A stretch of 42,415 nucleotides of DNA, taken from the NCBI GenBank assembly GCA_900617105.1, contig UYFQ01000817.1, forward strand, positions 1 to 42,415, given 5' to 3'. Of the stretch, positions 38,183 through 42,415 are shown piece by piece (positions within the stretch are counted from its first letter, which is position 1; each line of letters starts with the position of its first letter). Below the pieces are notes generated by a model, which was not told the DNA's origin, did no database searches, and was given only the letters and a program-made list of their open reading frames with translations. This DNA is from Hydrurus foetidus (lineage: Eukaryota). Position numbers and translations under genes: made by a program.

Positions 38183-39241
38183 TACCTGTTCCTCTCGATC
38201 CCTCATGAGCGGAGTGCTTCTTTTGCAAGCACTGCTATCGCACACAGCATCGAGCTGTGCCCAGCCTTAGATAAGTCCCTGCCAAGTCTCGACTCCTTTC
38301 ATGCTCATCAGGGGGGTACTGTAGCAGGCTGGCGGGTAGTGGACAGACGGCGCCTAGCAGAGTCTAGCCTGATAACGTCTTTTCCCCTGGCATCGTGAGG
38401 AGGTACGCCCGAGATAAACGTGAGACGTGGGAGACATATCAGGCGATTATGATAATTAATGATTAGATTCAAGTACTCGGCTTACCAGGCTTTTCAGTGA
38501 TTATGTCTCTGCTCTTGCTGTTCTGTTCGTGTGTCTTCTATTCTTGTTCCAACGTGTTCGTGACGACAACGCGATCATTGCCAGAATATGATAGACGTCG
38601 AAGTTGTCCTCACTCAAGTAAGTCGGCTATGACCTCTGCAGTTTCCTACAGTCTGCAATGCGCTCCGCTAACGACCGCTGGATGCATACTAGATCTACGA
38701 ATGCGTGTTTTTCAAGCACTTCGGCTAGCAACAGTAACTCTCATGCCCTCCGATACCTGATTGTCTCTCACAGTCTTCACTCATCCTGCGGCTCTCGCAT
38801 CGCGCGTCCGTTCTGTCATCACGGGCATGTTGCATCTTGGGCACCGGACTTTGATGTCCTCCTGCAGCAGGGCTGAGGTGTACAGAAGGCAATGAGGTGT
38901 ACAGAAGGCAATTCTGCAACCGCCCCGAATCTTATTATTGCCTAGTCATACATGTGGTTGTTCGGTCAGTGCCCATCAGTTTGTAGTCGGTCGCTGAGTT
39001 TCAGCGCAAATGGTAATTCGTTGAAGTATTCAGGAGTGCATGGAGATATAGCGATTACTTCGACTTGCGTCCCAATCACTAACGGATCCCGCAGGAGAAA
39101 ACACAGCAACTGATCTAACAGGAATACGGAGACAGGTAGGGCAAGGACTGCTCTGAAGGAACTGACCTATTCCCCTTACGGCATTCTCCCTATTTTGCCA
39201 CGCCTCTTCCGCAGTTGGCTCGTTCGTGACCTTAATTTCAT
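38183..39241 (-). pseudogene. Decayed ZNRD2 copy, tandem unit 2
   Basis: Near-identical to unit 1, with a local ~20-bp duplication at ~38873-38912. Confidence 0.85.
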
Positions 39242-40199
39242 GGGCACCAGTAGTCGCTGCTACAGAAAATTCCTCACACGCATATTTGACGACGTCTGCC
39301 CATGCCGTCCAATTAGCTGCTTACAGGGTTGTTTGCGTGGCGATATTGTATAGGGCATGTCGAAGAAATATCTTGGAACAGAACGAAGGACGAAGACAGA
39401 TGACTGTACAACTCCGCACTGTACCGTACAGTACGGTGGGTGCAGCTTGCTGAGTGTGGGGTGTGATTGTAACAGGTTCTTCTTTCTTCTTTATTGAAAC
39501 TTGAAGTTCAGGAGTTCGGGAGTCCCACACCCTGCTCCAATACTGATGAGAAATCTGTCAACGCTGCCTTGCAATTTGAGTTATTCGAGTAGTCCACCTT
39601 GTGTCAACAGTGACATGAAATCACCACATGCATTTCTTAATGGTTTGCTGCCCACTGCACAGCGTTCAGAACTACTGTAGCCATCATGCATGTGACGCTC
39701 GGACTTGTCGGACCCCGTCGAAGAAGGCGATCACACCAATTGATTGGTGATCATTGAACAGTTCGGACTGGATTGCGACGAACAAATAGCCGTGATTTCA
39801 GAGGGGACGATCTCTTAAGTGGGGCTATCTTACGGTTTAAAAGCGTACAGAAAACAAGCGCGGTGTCTACGTGTGTATTGGTCTGAGGGTGCGGTGGCGA
39901 CCACAGATGCAGATTCTTAGGGAAGTGCGTCGAGTGATTTGTCAGATTGAGCATGAAAATGAATAATACTAACCATGAAAAGGGAAGGCAGCAGAGTAAG
40001 AACAGAATGACTATTCCTGAGAGTATGGAAAAGAAGGGTTGGGCGACCTACAGAGCAAAGGGTGGCTGGCTACTGTAAGCTGGGCATGGCAGGGGAAGGG
40101 GGAAGGGTGGCACGGTGAGTGTAATGAGAAGAAAACATAGTGGAGGAAAACAAAACGAAACAAGACAAAAAATAAGACAAAACAAAAAGCGTGTCGACT

Positions 40200-40284
40200 T
40201 TCCCTCGCCGGGAATCGAACCCGGACCCCAAGGAATTCCTTGGGAATTGAGAACCTTATATCCTAACCGTTAGACAACGAGGGA
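40200..40284 (-). tRNA. tRNA-Glu(CTC) with 13-nt intron, copy 6
   Basis: Identical to copy 3. Confidence 0.9.
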
Positions 40285-41065
40285 GTTCTTGATGACGTCA
40301 TTGTTAAAAAACTCCAATACATACACAGAACTGCACATACACCTCTCTCACTCTTTTCGTGCTAGCCTCGCCGAACACCCGACTCACAAGCACCGCAACA
40401 GGCCATTCGCAACGCTCTATCATAAGAGAAGATTTGATAAGATTACTGTACAGCAGAAAATTTACCAATCCAAAGATGCAGTAAGCACAGCGACACGGAG
40501 ATGATGACGCGAATCACACACACTGAAATCAAATCGCACAGTCAACTCATTCCCTCATAGCGGTAATCTCACAAGCATTCATGATGACAACAGAAAGGAG
40601 AGGGACAAAAGCAGTGTATACAAATACATGTAAGTACCGCCATTGTATACAAATACATGTAAGTACCGCCATTACACTCTTGCGGACGCAGCAGCAACGT
40701 ATTTTAACGGCATCAAGAACTCCTTCATTGTCTAGCGGTCAGGGTCTACGGACCTTCCCTTGCTTAACGACTTTCTGCTTATTAGAACATTCTTTCTTCT
40801 ATTCTCTCAAATCTTCTCTTTGTCTTTTTTCTTCATGTCCACTTTCAACGCATAACGACTTTGAGGCATCAGCCCTTTAAAAGGACTTTCCATTTCACAG
40901 CTACCTACATACAGATGCGAGTGAGTACCAACGGTACACACTTCAAAAGATGACAACAGCATTCACACTCTATCTTCTCGTTGTCATAGAGACACAGCAC
41001 TTTGCAGCAAGGATTCACTGAGTAACACATGTAATGCTAGTGACTTCCATCTAAGCGAACCACAT

Positions 41066-41868
41066 ACCTGTTCCTCTCGATCCCTCATGAGCGGAGTGCT
41101 TCTTTTGCAAGCACTGCTATCGCACACAGCATCGAGCTGTGCCCAGCCTTAGATAAGTCCCTGCCAAGTCTCGACTCCTTTCATGCTCATCAGGGGGGTA
41201 CTGTAGCAGGCTGGCGGGTAGTGGACAGACGGCGCCTAGCAGAGTCTAGCCTGATAACGTCTTTTCCCCTGGCATCGTGAGGAGGTACGCCCGAGATAAA
41301 CGTGAGACGTGGGAGACATATCAGGCGATTATGATAATTAATGATTAGATTCAAGTACTCGGCTTACCAGGCTTTTCAGTGATTATGTCTCTGCTCTTGC
41401 TGTTCTGTTCGTGTGTCTTCTATTCTTGTTCCAACGTGTTCGTGACGACAACGCGATCATTGCCAGAATATGATAGACGTCGAAGTTGTCCTCACTCAAG
41501 TAAGTCGGCTATGACCTCTGCAGTTTCCTACAGTCTGCAATGCGCTCCGCTAACGACCGCTGGATGCATACTAGATCTACGAATGCGTGTTTTTCAAGCA
41601 CTTCGGCTAGCAACAGTAACTCTCATGCCCTCCGATACCTGATTGTCTCTCACAGTCTTCACTCATCCTGCGGCTCTCGCATCGCGCGTCCGTTCTGTCA
41701 TCACGGGCATGTTGCATCTTGGGCACCGGACTTTGATGTCCTCCTGCAGCAGGGCTGAGGTGTACAGAAGGCAATGAGCAGCCAGCATTCTGCAACCGCC
41801 CCGAATCTTATTATTGCCTAGTCATACATGTGGTTGTTCGGTCAGTGCCCATCAGTTTGTAGTCGGTC
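41066..41868 (-). pseudogene. Decayed ZNRD2 copy, tandem unit 3, truncated within intron 1
   Basis: Matches unit 1 up to ...GTAGTCGGTCG (~41868-41869), then unrelated sequence begins. Confidence 0.85.
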
Positions 41869-42415
41869 GTGTGACCTTTGAGGGCTAGAAAGAAGGGAAG
41901 TCTAAAGGCTAAAAGGAGCTTGTTAGTTAGAGGTGCAAACAGAAGGTACGCTAGTAACTTCTGCAAAGCAGCACAAACTAGCTAGTGACTGATAGTCGTG
42001 GCTGTGAACACGAAGGTACTAAGGTGGAAACAGCATCTAATCGGCTGAATGGGGTAGCAGACCCTGAGGGAGCCACACTACCCCTACTTATCTCTCGTTT
42101 TCTCACCTCTCTCTCCCTCTCCCTCTCTCTCTATTGGTGTGTCTCTAGCTACAATGTGTTACAAAACAAATACGACTCCAGCTTGAGAAAGCAAAATGCA
42201 GAAAAAGATAGTAATAAAAAAATAAAAATAAAATACAAAAATTCAGTAATAAATACGTACGAAGTATACAGATATTTGTACAGGTGAGAGATGGGGGAAG
42301 TGAGAAACGAGAGGGCCTAGATGTGTTGCATCTAAGTGTTCCCCTACACATTTATGTCAGATTTTTACTGACTAAACCTCCTGAAAAGCAACTTAAAGTT
42401 GTAAAAATGAGGAGG

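Larger units (their letters stand above)
33740..41868. repeat. Tandem segmental triplication: units 33740-36614 (2875 bp), 36615-39453 (2839 bp) and 39454-41868 (truncated), each with tRNA-Glu and a ZNRD2 pseudogene
   Basis: Recurring identical ORFs (e.g. 34037, 36912, 39751) and tRNA spacings of 2875 and 2839 bp. Confidence 0.97.

Noticed and set aside
41869..42415. Possible LTR (starts TGTGACC) truncating tandem unit 3
   Set aside because: No second LTR, PBS or coding evidence within the window; it can only be called unrelated low-complexity sequence.

Overview
Eukaryotic, intron-rich genomic DNA. The lineage is probably a protist or alga (stramenopile-like), but this cannot be confirmed from the sequence. 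From left to right: (1) 1-568, a decayed PIF/Harbinger-type (Plant_tran) transposase remnant on the minus strand. (2) 569-20834, a 20.3-kb head-to-tail array of ~25.5 near-identical 784-795 bp units. Each unit is a miniature Ty1/copia derivative: a 279-bp TGTTGG...CCAACA LTR-like segment, a G7 polypurine tract and a frameshifted, deleted RT fragment, giving a tandem TRIM-like array with shared LTRs. (3) 20852-24142, the 3' four exons of an ATE1 arginyl-tRNA-protein transferase; its 5' exons are not in the window. (4) 26170-29474, an intact 7-exon SSSCA1/ZNRD2-like gene with three zinc ribbons and a tRNA-Glu(CTC) inside intron 5, preceded by a heptamer satellite. (5) 29660-41868, one inverted and three tandem decayed copies of the 'ZNRD2 exons 1-5 + intronic tRNA-Glu' module. 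All six intron-containing tRNA-Glu(CTC) genes are essentially identical while the surrounding protein-coding sequence decays. Most short ORFs in the supplied track are artefacts of these repeats.
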